DNA of 64,000 nucleotides from Fistulifera solaris (Eukaryota). The stretch is taken from assembly GCA_030295235.1 (NCBI GenBank), contig AP026124.1, positions 2,356,001 through 2,420,000 on the forward strand. Direction: 5' to 3'. The notes below the pieces were generated by a model that ran no database searches, had not been told where the DNA came from, and saw only the letters and a program-made list of their open reading frames with translations. This document shows, piece after piece, positions 11,290 through 27,510 of this stretch; positions within the stretch are counted from its first letter, which is position 1; each line of letters starts with the position of its first letter. A program made the translations under genes and the position numbers.

Positions 11290-12795
11290 ATGACAGACAC
11301 TGCACCAGAAGAAACGAAAATCGAAGAAACGATTACGCCTCCGCCGCCAGAGAATGACGAGCCACCGGTGCTCCCGAAGGTGCCCAAAGTACGCTCCCAC
11401 GCGGAAAATGCTGACAGCGAAGAATTGACGAAACGATTGCAAAAATTAGCTCTCGAACGACAAAAGGAAAGTAAAGGCGAACGTTTGAAAGTCATTCAGG
11501 GAGATAATACTTCTTTGACGCATTTGACGAGTGCCAAGACCTTTGAGGATTTGAATTTGCCGAAACATTTGCTGGATGCGGTATACGCCATGGGATTCGA
11601 TCGGCCTTCGGCCATTCAAGAGGAAGCTCTTCCGCGCATTTTAGCGGATCCGCCGCGGAATTTGATCGGTCAAGCTCAGAGTGGAAGTGGCAAAACAGCA
11701 GCTTTTACGTTGGGAATGTTGTACCGCATTGAAATCAATGATCCGCCCGTCACGCAAGCACTTTGTGTCACGCCGACCCGAGAACTTGCGATCCAGATTG
11801 TCGACAAGGCCGTGGCTCCCATGGCGGCGAATATGACTGGCTTGCAAATTGTATTGGGTATTGCGGGGGCCGAACATCGATCCAAAATTCAGGCGCATCT
11901 TATTGTGGGGACACCGGGAAAACTAGTCGACTGGCTCAAACGCAAACAATTGATCACGTCGGGCATTAAAGTCTTTGTGTTAGATGAAGCCGATAATATG
12001 GTAGATCTAAGTGGACATCGTGCAAATGTACAAACCATTAAGAAGCAAATGCCCCGCACTTGTCAAACACTCTTATTCAGTGCGACGTTCCCTGAAGAAG
12101 TTGTCAAGTTTGCGACGAAAATGGTGGAGAATCCGGATCAAATTCTGATTCAAGACGGTCCTGAGTTTTTGGTGTGTCAAATTTTGGAATGTGTTTTTGT
12201 TTGAAACTTTCTTCGTCGCATTACTTACCTTTTGTCCCCAATACAGATGCTCGATATCATCAAACAACTGTGGATCGATACACGTGGATACCCGGGCGGA
12301 AAAATGGAATTTCTTGCGGATATTTATAGCTTGCTGACCATTGGACAGTCCATTGTGTTTGTGGCTACCAGAAAAGAAGCCGATCAGGTACACATGACGC
12401 TCAGTAACGCAGGCTATACGTGCAGTGTTTTGCACGGTAGTGTAGAAGCGGCACAGCGCGATGCAACGATGGAAGCCTTTCGTGCGGGAGAATCAACCGT
12501 ATTGATCACCACCAATGTGTTGGCGCGCGGTGTTGATGTAGATAATGTCTGTCTCGTCGTGAATTACGATGTTCCTGTGGATAAAGATGGGCAGCCGGAC
12601 TTTGAAACGTATTTGCACCGTATCGGACGAACGGGACGATTCGGACGTAAAGGAACGGCGCTCAATTTGATTGCCGATCAACGAGACCTTCAAATTCTGG
12701 CGGCAATCGAACAATATTATAGTAAGGATGGGCAAGAAATGATCCAACAAGCAGAAGCGGATCCCGAAAAATTAGCTGAAGTGATAGAAATTTGA
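11290..12795 (+). CDS. DBP5: DEAD-box RNA helicase Dbp5/DDX19 (mRNA export)
   Basis: GFDRPSAIQEEALP..LADPPRNLIGQAQSGSGKTAAF, DEAD, LITTNVLARGVD, ETYLHRIGRTGRFGRKG; intron 12172-12246. Confidence 0.95.
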
Positions 12796-13057
12796 GGACA
12801 TAAATCACAGTATTATCAAATAGAGACCTAATTTGCACTTTTCACACAGCTAGAATGGCGACTCAACAAGATGTCGAGGAATTTTTAAGTATTTTGTGCG
12901 ATCTGCATTTTGCCAACGTAAGCTGTAATCGCTCACGATAAGCATGTTGGCGAATGCCCAGTACACAAGCTACTGATGAAATCTAGTGATCGGCGCCAAA
13001 GACAACTAGAAATGAATTGATAAAAAACGACTTTTAGAAAAGATACCAGCAACTTTT

Positions 13058-14265
<1,208 letters not shown>

Positions 14266-14593
14266 TCATCAGGAGACACGACAGACGAGCGATGAGTGAG
14301 CAGTAGCCTTATAGCTACCAGTATCGCTCCGCGACAAAAACTGACTCTCTAGGGTCCAAGTCCAAGCATAAGATCCAAGCCAACAAGTCAGTCGTCCTCC
14401 CTGACCCTAAAACTATTATCAACGCAAATACTCATCGTTATCGCTTTCTCCACCTCTTCTAATAAGAAGGTAAGGGCAAACATTTGTTCACATCCCACCC
14501 AAAGTACAATTATCTGATCCTATTGTGCTCACAAGAACCCAATTAATAAAATCGACGCAAAGAATTTATGATTTCTTTGTTTACTCCTTTTCT

Positions 14594-15953
<1,360 letters not shown>

Positions 15954-16384
15954 TCAAGAATGGATGTCAAATAATGACCTCTAGTTTGTTTTGTTGTTCA
16001 GAAAGATTCCTTATTCCTACATTGTTGAGTGCCCGGAAACACACTATAAGTTATAATGTAGCTTGATTACTTGGTGCGGATGTGCGGATTGTGAAGCATG
16101 TGATGGACGTTTTCTAAACGTTCCCAAGTTCCAAGAGCTTAAGTAAACAAATGTTAGAGTCTAGGCTCCATTAAACCTAGAGAGGTTTGCATTTCTGCAG
16201 CTATTATAAGAACGAAACGGTTTAGCAGGGCAGCAAGGGTCAGTTTTCAAGCATCACGAAAAAAATTCCCCCGCCCATTCGATTTGAACCATCAGTTGGT
16301 TTTGATGACTCCCATAAACAAGCACTCTAACTTTTCACATAACAGCGTAAGGTTTCAAGTGACGGAGTCGAAAAATAGTTTAAC

Positions 16385-17049
16385 TTAGTTTTTCTTAACA
16401 AGGTGCTTTCGAGCGGCCTTTTGCTTGGGAAATCGGGCATAGGTTTCCTCTCGGCTCGGAACTGTACCAGGAGCTTTGTGGCGAATTCCTAGGCTAGCAA
16501 TCAACGCTTTGTATCGGTCAACATCCTCAGTGGACAAATAATTCAATAAGCGGCGGCGTTTGTTGACAAGGGCAACCAGTCCACGACGAGTCGAAAAATC
16601 TTTCGGGTGCATTTGCAGGTGACTGGTCAAGTAAGAAATACGTTCTGTCATTCCAGCAACTTGGTATTCAGGACTTCCAGTATCTTTATCGTGCAGGCGG
16701 TGTTTCTCGCGGAGAGCTTGTACCTTTTCGGCCGAAACAGCCCAAGCCGGAGGTTCTGTGTTGATCAATTCCACGTCGCCGTCCTCCATGCCTTCCAATT
16801 CAATGTAATCATCCTTTTCCTGTTCCTCTTCATCGTCGTCGAATTCGGCAGCAAGAGGCTGGAATCTTTGTGTTTCTTGAATTACACTGGAAATCTGGAA
16901 AGACGAAAGGTCAGCGAATTCCTGCAGGGAAAAAGGCGGGCCATCTCGGAACAATCAACCCATTTGCCTACCTTAGAAGACGGAAGCGACGGTGTAAAGG
17001 CGCTGACAGCACCAATACTGGCTAGCAACACTAGTGATGAAAACTTCAT
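16385..17049 (-). CDS. rps15: nucleus-encoded plastid 30S ribosomal protein S15
   Basis: Presequence MKFSSLVLLASIGAVSA-FTP; DTGSPEYQVA..TERISYLTSHL..HPKDFSTRRGLVALVNKRRRLLNYL; intron 16895-16971. Confidence 0.92.
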
Positions 17050-17977
17050 GTTGAAGATCTGTTGCAGTTTTTGACAAGAGAGACTTGATGAAGTGCTGTG
17101 TTGTTCGATGATGGATTGATGGCTGCTGACTGCGACCAGCAAACGCTTCGCTTGGAAGCGATTTCCTTTGTCCTTTGCTCACCTGTTTTGTACTGTACAC
17201 CGTAGTTTGATTCTACCAATGTGTGGCTCTCGGACGTTGCCGACTGACGTATGAATGTCTGAAGAACGATTGCAGCGACGTCATATACGAGAATAAATGT
17301 AGACGTGACTAAAGATAAGCGTTTTCGCATCTTCACATCATCACAAATCAGTTAAGGGTTGGGAGTTTATAGAAAGGAGATAGATAGAAGCTCCTCAAAT
17401 CCTTACAGTTGTTTACTTTTCACTTGCCGTCATAGTGTAATTTTCGCCTGAACTTTAAAACATTCCCTCTAGCTCGTTATCTAGAGATCTCTTCCAGACC
17501 AGAGATCTCATACGCAAACACTCTCAACAGTTTGGTGTCTTCTTCGCCTCAGGATGTATTAGTGCATAAAACAATTAGGCGGATATTGCCAGAAGGACAC
17601 ATCTCAACCTCACAATCGATCCATCGTGATACTTCCACATTCTTGAGTTGCTATGAGTGCAATACAGGCACTGAGCACCTTTTCAATGTCTATCGTCTGT
17701 GGTCTTTGGTACCTTACCTTTGTATGCAAAAGTCATAATCACAATTCCCTCTTTTAGTCCCTAGTCCCTAGCCATTCCAGGCAGTCCGTTGTCATTTGAT
17801 GCTTTAAAAACTTAGCACGCAGGCAATGCACACTCTATGAAAAAGAGTTACTACATTTTTCGAACTTTTCGGCATTATTTTGCTTTTGAAATCTTGACCC
17901 ACGTCATCGAGCTCTTATTTGGGTATAGTGATGTCTCCTGTAGAATTCTACCAGGTACCAGGCATTTCAGGAAAGGA

Positions 17978-18041
17978 CGTTAAAATTCTGCCTCTAGTAC
18001 AAGATTCTACGTAGCATCCACGACGAGGCAGAATTTTAACG
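17978..18041. repeat. perfect 17-bp inverted repeat (hairpin) upstream of the HSF gene
   Basis: cgttaaaattctgcctc (17978-17994) and gaggcagaattttaacg (18025-18041), 30-nt loop. Confidence 0.9.
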
Positions 18042-18319
18042 CCGTTTCCAGCAAGAGACTCTTCGTGGTTTTTTGGCTTCATGTTCGTTCCTCGTTCCTG
18101 CGAAGGGTCTTTTCGTTCTGTCGTAGTCTTGTGTACTTTGTACTGGATTCTACGGTAGCATCCAAGCTCGTCGTCGGCGAAGCTCTACGACGAGCTTTTG
18201 CAACGGGGTGTCTCAACGCCATTTCGCATTATCAATGCAGACAATCCGCAACGACATCTGATTGCATCCCTTGCCCGATTATTTTATTTTGTTGATCTAA
18301 TTTCTTTGTCCAACAAACA

Positions 18320-19371
18320 ATGAGCACCAAAGACGACGAAATCGAAGCCAAAGCTGTGACCACCACTGACGACAAATCGCAGGATAAAGATGTGGATAAA
18401 GACGAAGATGTGCCGCAGACCTTCCCTCAGCGTGTAAGTACGAGTTCATGATCATTCGTTCTTTTTTGTGAGCCAATGCTTGATTATGTGAGCTCACATT
18501 TCGCACTTCTCTTGTTCTCTTTCAACCTCTGTCTGTTTCTCTGGGAATTACCGCAGCTGATGGAAATTCTGGACGATGAAAATAACCGAGACATCATCAC
18601 TTGGCTGCCTCACGGCAAAGGATTCATTATTGTGGATAAAAAGCGCTTCGCGGAAGAAACCCTTCCAACGGCCTTCAAGAAAGCGAAAGCGAAATTTACG
18701 AGTTTTACTCGCAAACTTAATAGATGGTACGGCAGAAGCGTTGCGTTCATCGTCTATCTTGTAGTGCTTTCTTATACTTGCGATGTTTGCTCCTTTTTTC
18801 AACAGGAATTTTGTTCGCGTGACTAGGGGTCCTGAAACTGGAGGTATGGATAAGCTCGTGCTGCTGTTGTTATCTTCGCTGAAGTCCCAGTTTTAACTCA
18901 CAACTTTTTGCTTCTTTAGCCTACTACCATCCCATGTTTCTGAAAGGAAATTTGAAGCTGTGTACGCAAATGACATGTATCAGTGCCAAAGCCCCGCAAC
19001 AATTGCAACCCATGGACCCTGTTGCCTTGGGTTTGGGTTCTCCGGGGCAATTCTATCCCACGGAACAACAGCGTATGCAACAGCAGCAATACTACGCTTG
19101 GTACCAGCAACAACAGCAGGCGTTCATGCAGTACATGATGACCCAGCAACAGAAGAGTGGCGAAGACGGCGAAGGAAAGAAGGACGATGCTCAAGCGAAT
19201 CTGATGAACCCGTACGCTTTCCAGCAGCAGTTTTATGCCTGGCAGCAAATGCAAATGGCGAGTCCCAACGGGATGACCTCGGAAAAAGGTGAAGAAAAGG
19301 AAGGGGAAAAGATTGAGGGGGTTGATGAAGAACCAATCGAATCTAAAGATGCGGAAAAAGAAGAAATCTAA
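18320..19371 (+). CDS. heat shock transcription factor (HSF DNA-binding domain)
   Basis: TFPQR|LMEIL..IITWLPHGKGFIIVDKKRF..KFTSFTRKLNRW|NF.R..G.ETG|AYYHPMFLKG; introns 18434-18556, 18727-18805, 18844-18919; Gln-rich tail. Confidence 0.93.
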
Positions 19372-19829
19372 TAGAGGTAGCGAGAGGCGATCTCTTTGTC
19401 GACTGAAGTAAAGACCACATATTATTAACAAGGCAGTTTATATTTGTGAAGGTTATTGAAGTCAAACTAGATTTACGAGCGAAAGGATGAGACGATGATA
19501 CATGGAAGATTAAAAGATGAGGCCGAAGTTTAAAGACTACGCTAATCGAGAAGCTATCGTAGTTTTATAGGGTGCATATCTCTTGAGCTACCATTTTATA
19601 GACTTCAGACGTAACCGATAAGACTATGGAAGTGGTTCTACGTTACTGGACCTCGTGAGACAACCGTTATCTCGCAGTTGAAAACTAAGTATCATAACCT
19701 TAGTGTCACCGAGTATCGAGAAAAAGGGAGAATGGAAGAATCATCATCGGAATGCAATTGCATCGATTTCTCGGAGGCGATTTCCAAAGCATCCAGCATC
19801 CCTCCTTCTTCTCCCAAGAGCTCATAATT

Positions 19830-21700
19830 ATGAAATTACAAGAACACTTTCATCAGCAAACTAGCACAAACATGACCGAGTTGGATCCAGAGATAAACAA
19901 CCGCGCAATGTCCTATTCAGACGACGGAAGTGAAGATCCAAACAACGCGGCGCCTCCTGGGCGCCCGCTTCGACATGTCGATTCGCTCGGTCGAGTTTTT
20001 TATCACTCCAACAATCCGATGATATATTCTGTGATTCTTATTCTACTGGTGGAGTGGTTCGAGCGATTCAGCTACTACGGTGTTGCCTACACACAAACAC
20101 TGTATTTGACCGGCGCCTACGATAAAGACTGGAATGCTGGATTGTCAGCAGTTGAGGCATCGTCGTTGGTCAGCTTAAGTACTGCTATGGCCTACACAAC
20201 AACATTTATAGGTGCCCTCCTTGCCGACAGCTTACTGGGGGACTACAAGACTATTCTAGTAGGCTGCATCGTGTTCTACTTGCCATCTCTCGCGTTGATA
20301 ACGCTCACAACAGTCCCTTCATGGCTGGGGGACTCGTTCCCAACCAATTACTTAGCATTTGCTGTCTTATTATGGTGGCCAGCAGGTACCGGAATTGTGA
20401 AATCATGCATCAATGTCTTCGGAGCAAAACAGTTTCATCCCCTTTGCAGTCCCAGTTGATTGAACAATATTATGTTCAATACTATATGTGCATCAACGTC
20501 GGCAGTTTACTCGGGATTCTTATTATTCCCATCATTGCTCAGCACAGCATCACCCAGGCATATCTGGTTCCGTGCTCCTTACTTTGTTTAGGGATTATGA
20601 TCTTTGTGTCAGGAAGTTCACGATATGTCAAGGTTCCCCCGAAAGGTGAATTGTGCGGGAAGAAGTCGTCGCGAGGGAATGGGGACGTTGGTTTGCTCAA
20701 ACTCTTTCGTATCACTGTATTGATTGTACCTTTCTGCATGGCCTACTCGCAGATGCCGACAACATTCATCATTCAAGGAAGCGTCTTACGGAGGGCGTTT
20801 GGGGTAATAGATGCTGCATCGTTGAATAGCTCGGATGCAGCGAGCGTTCTTGTCTTTGGTTACATCACCGGAAGTATCATTTACCCTGCTTTAGCTGAAC
20901 GAAACTTGAAAATCCCAACCACCTACAAGTTCGCCATTGGATCCGCCCTCGGTGCGCTCGCTATACTTTGGGCGCTATTTGTGGAGTATCGCATGCATAC
21001 AGTTTACGCGGCCACGGGGGAAGCCATCAGCGTTCTATGGCAGACTCCGTGCTATATTTTGATAGGTTGGGGTGAAATATTCGCCGTTAGCAGTGCTTAT
21101 GAGGTCGCCTTCACTGCCTCGCCTCCCTCACAGAAAGTCCTGGCGAGCGCTCTCAACATATTTTGCATCGGCGGTATTCCAAACGTTCTCTGCATCGGTC
21201 TTTACCGTGTCTGCGGTCAGTGGTTCATGAACAGCTCGGGGAAAGCCCACTTGAACACGATAGAAGATTATGTGGAAGCGCATGTCTACAAGTACTTCGT
21301 GGTTCTGTTCGTAATCTTATTGTTTGGCATTGTTGTCAACATACTGCCGGGAGTCCGAGGATACGTCGAGAGCATGGAAGATCAAGCAGCAGAATTGTTG
21401 AAAACACCAATGATTACCAAACGAACAGCAGGGGAACAGTCTCCGCTGCTTCCGAAACATTTACAGCAACAGTCGCCGTTGCTATATCGCACTAGTTCGA
21501 TGCGTGTGGGTCCACCATCCTTGCATCCGCACCGACACCAAATGCAAGAAAAGTTTGAAAAGCGCTTAAAGAAATACCTGCCGTTGATGAAAAACGGTGT
21601 CTTTCGAGCTAATCAACCCGTCCAACAAGCTCTCTCGATGGCGCGGGCTCAAGATGATGGTTCTCCGCAACAGGATTTGAAGCATAAAGAGACATTATAG
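19830..21700 (+). CDS. NPF/POT (PTR2) proton-dependent peptide/nitrate transporter
   Basis: EWFERFSYYG (ExxER) motif, GALLADSLLGDYKTI, FGAKQF, YYMCINVGS, multiple TM segments; frameshift at the C-run near 20440; start could be 19872. Confidence 0.9.
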
Positions 21701-21863
21701 ATAGAGTATATGTTGTATAACCCTGTTTTTTAAATCTTGTACGGAGTAGTTGAGGGTGTAAATTTCACCAGCTTATCACTTTCAAACGGGAGAAACGACA
21801 GAGTAGCTAATATAAGCACGACTATCCTACGCAGCAAATGCGATGTGACAATTATAATCACTT

Positions 21864-23789
21864 TCACTGAAGGTTGAAAGTTTCCATGTGCAGCTGCTCC
21901 GCCGCTTCTACCTGAGCAACAGCCAAGGTGCGCATGCTACACAATTCCTTGATTTCCTCGGGTGCTCGACAGTTCTTCAACGCATCATCGTATAAATCAA
22001 TGACTTTGCGAGCAGCATCCAGGTTGGCGGCAGTGCCCAATTTCAGTTGTCCGAGTTGAATATATGCGGGTGCAAATTGCGGATCGGCAGAAATTGCTTT
22101 TTCCAAGAGCTCCATTACCAATGTTGCATCTGGAGTTTGACCAGGGGGTGGCGGTGTATTCAACACGGCCATAGCTGCGTTTACATAAGGCGTAGGATTT
22201 GAAGGATCAAGTCTACACGCTTTATCAAATTCCTCTTTCGCGGCAGCCATATCCCCCGATGAAAAATAAAGCTCACCTCGGTAGGTTGCAACCTCTGATG
22301 AACTAGGTTCAGCTTGTTGTGCTAGGTCCACTTGTTGTTTAGCGCCATCTAAATCATTTAGCGCCAAAAGAACGGATGCTAGTCGAAGTCGAGCCGTAGT
22401 ATAATTAGGGCGAAGCTTCAAGCATGCTTCGAGGTCTTTCTTTGCTTCAGCCGCATCTTGCTGGAGCATTCTCAAGTTCGAACGATGTAGCAAAGCATCA
22501 ACTGCACTGGGGTCTAATCCCAAAGCCATATCAAACAGTTTCAATGCCTCTTCCTGCCGTCCTGCATCCATTTGTACCCCAGCTTGTTTCACCAGCACAA
22601 GAACGTTTGTAGGCTCGAGATCGGCACATTTTTGATAGCACGATATAGCAGAATCCAACTTGTAACGAAAGTGTCGCGTCATTCCAGTCCACTCGAGTAA
22701 TTTGGCGTACGAGCTCATTTCTTCTTGAACAGTTTCACTTTTGGAGGCAATATCATTAGCTGCTTCGAAGTCTTTGCCAGCATCGGCAAAATTACGGTGA
22801 TACATATGACGACAGCCTCGTTTCAATAGCAAATCGGCTTTTTCCGTGTCGCTAACGGTCTGCGATAGTTGAGAGGTCAGCGAATCAACACTTCCACTCT
22901 GAGCCGCAGCTGACATCCAAGAGTTATAATCCGTAAAACTCTTGAGTAGCTGCAATATGGTGAATGCTGAAGGAAGTGGTCGCTCCTCTCCTTCTCCTTG
23001 TTTCGCGTACTCAGCGACTTGGAGCGGAATAATATGTCCCAGCAGTTCTTCCATTTTAGAGGGAGGTACAGGTGGGGACGGTACCGGTAATCCTCGTCGC
23101 ATCAAGTCACGATTTTGTTGCATAAAGATGAGTTGCATGGCGCAAACTTCTACGAGAGCTGCATGATAATCCTTCATTCCTTCCAAAATACGAAGTTTGC
23201 GGGTGCGAGCTTTCGAATGGTTTAACTCGAGGTCCAGAATAGCCTGGCAATCCTGCAAAGATAGTTCGGGCAAATTTCCTTTCTCATACATTGCGGAGCG
23301 GTTGTTGAGAAGAGTGATGTTCTGGCGTAAGAGAGAAGACGTTCGCTCTCCCTGACCATCAATTAGTTCGAGCGCCTGAGTGAAAATTTCGGCCGCTTCC
23401 AAGTACTATGGTTATTATGTGCGATTTATGAGCGAGGTTTCAGAAAGTATGCAGCAGGCAAGCATCAATTACAAACCTTTTTCGCTTTAAATAGAGCTTT
23501 CCCTTGTTTGTCGAGATCTTCAATTCGCCCATGTAGCGTTTTTTTCATCACTATCTGCCGTATCTTTCGGTTGTGGTGTCGGTTCCGCCGTTGCTGCGGG
23601 TGCCTTACGTTCGACATCCTCATCGTCAATATCGAGCTTCTTAACCGTTGGATCTGCTTTGGTCGTTCCTTGTTTTTCCTTGGACTGCTGTGAATACAAA
23701 TAATAATAGTAGCATGCCAAACTCGCTACGGCTGCCGTGGCGAGACCAATGGCTATGAATTGATTTTGATTATTCCCAGACCGAGCCAT
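21864..23789 (-). CDS. TOM70: mitochondrial import receptor Tom70-like TPR protein
   Basis: N-terminal signal anchor (FIAIGLATAAVASLACYYYY), TPR clamp (GKALFKAKKY.EAAEIFTQA, NNRSAMYE, HSKARTRK), many further TPRs; intron 23406-23476; frameshift at the T-run near 23540. Confidence 0.8.
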
Positions 23790-24234
23790 GCTATAACATT
23801 ACTCTGTAAATTTTAGGTTGGAAACAAAAATAGGAACAATTCTACAAATGAATATTGTATCATCAGATTTCCTTTCTCTTTTTCATTGTCATTCATCTTT
23901 TCCGTGTACCTGGTAGCTCCACGTGACGCATGCAGATAGATGGTACGGAAGACGGACGGAGAGGTTCCCCGCGAAATCATCCGATCTCCGATTTCCGATT
24001 TCCCATCCCGCACGAGCGAAAAGTGATTTCCTTAACCAAAATTTTAGGGTCTCCTTTGCGACGGCCCAAATAACAACTCTAAATTAGCCATGACATCAAC
24101 AATTCTTCCTTTACAGCATTATGTATCTTAAAAAAGGCGCTTGTCGCCTTCAAATAATTTTGAAACATTCTAAATTCTATACGACTGGTTACTTATCCAT
24201 TCATGAGCTAATAAACAAATATACGTGTCTCTTC

Positions 24235-25390
24235 TCAAAGAAGGGCCGAGCAAATAGCTGTGTGTGATAGGAAGCTTTTAGGTGAGAGAATGCTGGGAAC
24301 GTTGGAAGTCAACCGTTCATTCAACTTACAGACAGTGATAGTCACGCCGAGAATGTCCATAATGACTTGGATCGTGGTCGAACTGTGGGCTGGATCTATG
24401 CGTAAAAGCTTCAATCCCATGGGTAACAAACTTCCTAGCACGGTACTGATCCACACAATCGAAAATAAGCTACATGTAATGGCCAAGGTTTCCTTCCAAG
24501 GGACGGCAAATACTGCCACGCGCACGCAACCAGCCACTGCCAATATTCCGGATATGGCGAGTCCTACTTTGAGTTCTTCCTTCCAAAAATTGAGAAAAGA
24601 CTCGGAACGTATAGTTCCAACCGCTAGTCCCCGAATGACTGTGATTGGAAAAGAGTAGCAATGAGTGAAAACAAGCCGGAATAGTTCCCTGCCTCGAAAT
24701 ATTTATTCTGACGCACCTTTTACCGTGGCCTGATTTCCTGCGTTGCCGCCAGCTCCAACTAGCATGGTCAAGAAACGAATGATTACCGCGTGATCTTCGA
24801 GTAAGATCTCGTTTCGCTGAATAATGAACGACGAAAGAGACTGCAAGACCAGCAATCCCGCCAACCAACCGGCTCGGTCCATGACTACCGAAAGAAAGGA
24901 TGGCGCTTCGCAAACGCTGATTTCAGTCTCCTGCTGTGTTGGTTCTAGTTTTGACTCTCCACTTGATCGTCCGCACTGCTGTCCGATTGCTTGGATACGA
25001 GAGCATCCTGGGACTGGTTTGGTTGGAATCTTTCAAGAGACTCACAAACTCGTGCGGATGCCGACGATGGTGAAGTCCACTGACACTGGGGTGACGATCC
25101 TTTGTGGTTGGCGAACCAAGTTCGAGGTCGCCTGTTGCATTCTGTACATCATTCAACCTGGCGGGTCTCGATGTAAGCGAGTGACTACGACGTTCTCTCG
25201 AACTCGGACTTGGAGTTGATGGTTCTCCTTGTAATCGCTTCAATCGAGCTACTTCAGTGCGCAATCGATGGATTTCAGCTTTCATGTGGAGCATGGAATT
25301 AGCATCGTCGACGAGCTTCGCGTAGTCGTGTTTGTCGACACGGGCCTTTTTCGCGGTAGCAGCCGCAGAATCTTTCGAATGTTTCATCAC
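24235..25390 (-). CDS. MgtE-type divalent cation transporter (membrane domain, N-terminal coiled coil)
   Basis: RAGWLAGLLVLQSLSS, MLVGAGGNAGNQA..IRGLA, DPAHSSTTIQVIMDILG; introns 24639-24716 and 24257-24329; frameshift near 24930. Confidence 0.85.
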
Positions 25391-25918
25391 TTCAATTCGC
25401 TTTTCATAGCCATTAATTTCAATAGTCGCCGGGGAACGATGATTCTTGTATCTTATTCACATGTATAACAGGGACGGTGATTATATACTATGCACTGTGC
25501 ATCATCGTCAACGATGAGGGTCTTTTTTGTGAGATGCATGGTGGAAACGCAAGATCTGTCTCAGAAAACCGGTTTGTTTGTCATGCACTACTGTTTTACT
25601 ATAGTTCGGTAGAGTTGGTTGTTGGCTAACGGGCGTCTTGTGTCTTGTGTCGTGGCGCGTGTGTTGTGTCTCCCGCGCACGGCACGTGTTCTGTATCCGA
25701 TTCCGTGTGATCGAAGGACGTACCAGTAGCGTTAACCTTAGTAAAGGAAGCGTTTTGCGCCTTCCCTTTTTTCCCCCGCGGCGGTTTTATCGCGACGTGG
25801 ATCGATGATGAGGCGCCACTGTTTCGTTACCAAATGAATCGTCAATTCACTTGAATTCTTTTTTATTATTAATGCCAGGTTCCCAATCCTTGGTTATCAA
25901 GTAACAGCAGCATCTAGC

Positions 25919-27336
25919 ATGTCACGCCTTTTGTTTTTGAGAAGAATTGTTACGCATGGCAATCGTCGAGGGTATTCCAGCACTCACTCGTTGCGCAAGG
26001 AATATCCTCCGCATACTCTTTACCCCATGCCGGCGTTAAGTCCCACCATGGAGACGGGGACAATCAGTGCCTGGTCCAAAGGTGTCGGCGATGAGTTCGC
26101 GGCGGGTGATTCACTCTGTACTATCGAAACCGATAAGGCTGCCGTCGACTTTGAAGCTCAGGACGACGGTATTATTGCGAAGATTCTAAGAGAAGGTGCC
26201 AACGCTATCGATATGCCGGTTGGGACACCGATTTGTGTCGTTGTCGATGAAGCCAGTGATGTTGCGGCGTTTGCCGATTTTCAAATCGGAGGGATAGTAG
26301 AGCCTCCCAAGGAAGCGGTGTCTGCTCCAGCGCCTTCCATAGTAGCTGCACCCCCATGGCTTCCACTGGTTCTTCTATTTTGTTCCCTTCAGCAAGGCAT
26401 TTAGCGGAGTCGAATGGTCTAGATGCAACGGGACTGGTGGGGTCTGGAAAGGGGGGCCGCGTTACAAAAGCAGATGTTCTGCAAGCCATGGCGGCTGGAT
26501 CACTTCCAAAGTTAGTCAAAGCGGCAGCACCAACGGTAGATCCACCTGCAGCATCGAGCGCCTCAGCAACTCCCGTAGCCACAGCAACACCGAAACCGAT
26601 GACGTTAGCGGACTTAATCCTTCCCACAATTGAGACGGGAATAGTAGAAGATATCCCCAACACCAAGATGCGAAAAATCATTGCACAGCGTTTAACCGAG
26701 TCAAAACGAGAAGTCCCTCACTTTTACACTACGCACGAAGTGGAATTGGATGCGATCATGAAACTTCGAAAGAAGCTTGCGAATGATCACGAAATGAAAA
26801 TTTCGGTGAATGACTTTGTTTTGAAGTGCTCGGCTATGGCATTGAGGGATGTTCCTCGCGTCAATGCACAGTACAAGAGCGACACGGTGACGTACCTAGA
26901 CAGTATTGATATCAGTGTCGCGGTTGCTACGCCCACCGGACTCATTACCCCGATTTTGTTCGGTGCCGACAAACTGGGACTTGCACAAGTCACCAGTGCG
27001 GTTCTCGATTTGGCCACGCGAGCTAGGGACGGCAAGTTAGCTCCCCAAGAGTATCAAGGAGGAAGTTTCAGCGTCAGCAATTTGGGTATGTTTGGTATAC
27101 GCGAATTCTCGGCAGTCATTAATCCGCCCCAAGCTGCCATTTTGGCGGTCGGTGGTGGCGCGAAGCAATTCGTCGTTCGACGGGGCCCAGAGGGTGAAAA
27201 GTTACCGCCGGGAGTAGCAATGAGAATGACTGCGTGCTTGTCGGCAGATCGACGAGTCGTAGATGAAGCGACAGCGGGATTATTTATGGCGGCTTTTCGA
27301 GAATATATGAACAAACCGGAGTTGCTGCTTCTGTAG
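25919..27336 (+). CDS. mitochondrial pyruvate dehydrogenase E2-family subunit, probably E3-binding protein (PDHX-like)
   Basis: Lipoyl domain MPALSPTMETG..IETDKA, PSBD GSGKGGRVTKADV, acyltransferase domain ending DRRVVDE without the catalytic His; frameshift at the C-run near 26352. Confidence 0.88.
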
Positions 27337-27510
27337 TTAGTATACGAAGTAAATGTGTTTTCAATACGATGCTTTAAAGTCATGAATTGTTTTGTTAGCG
27401 CATGGAATTTGTGAGCCTTGAATTCACGTTCTTTACTCCTATGTAAATGATAACCGCAGAAAATAGATTTAGTACTACTAGTAGTTCTTCACAAGCTCAC
27501 ATCTATTACA

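Noticed and set aside
20430..26360. Programmed ribosomal frameshifting in NPF, TOM70 or the E2 paralog
   Set aside because: Breaks sit on simple homopolymers across many unrelated genes, which fits assembly error better.
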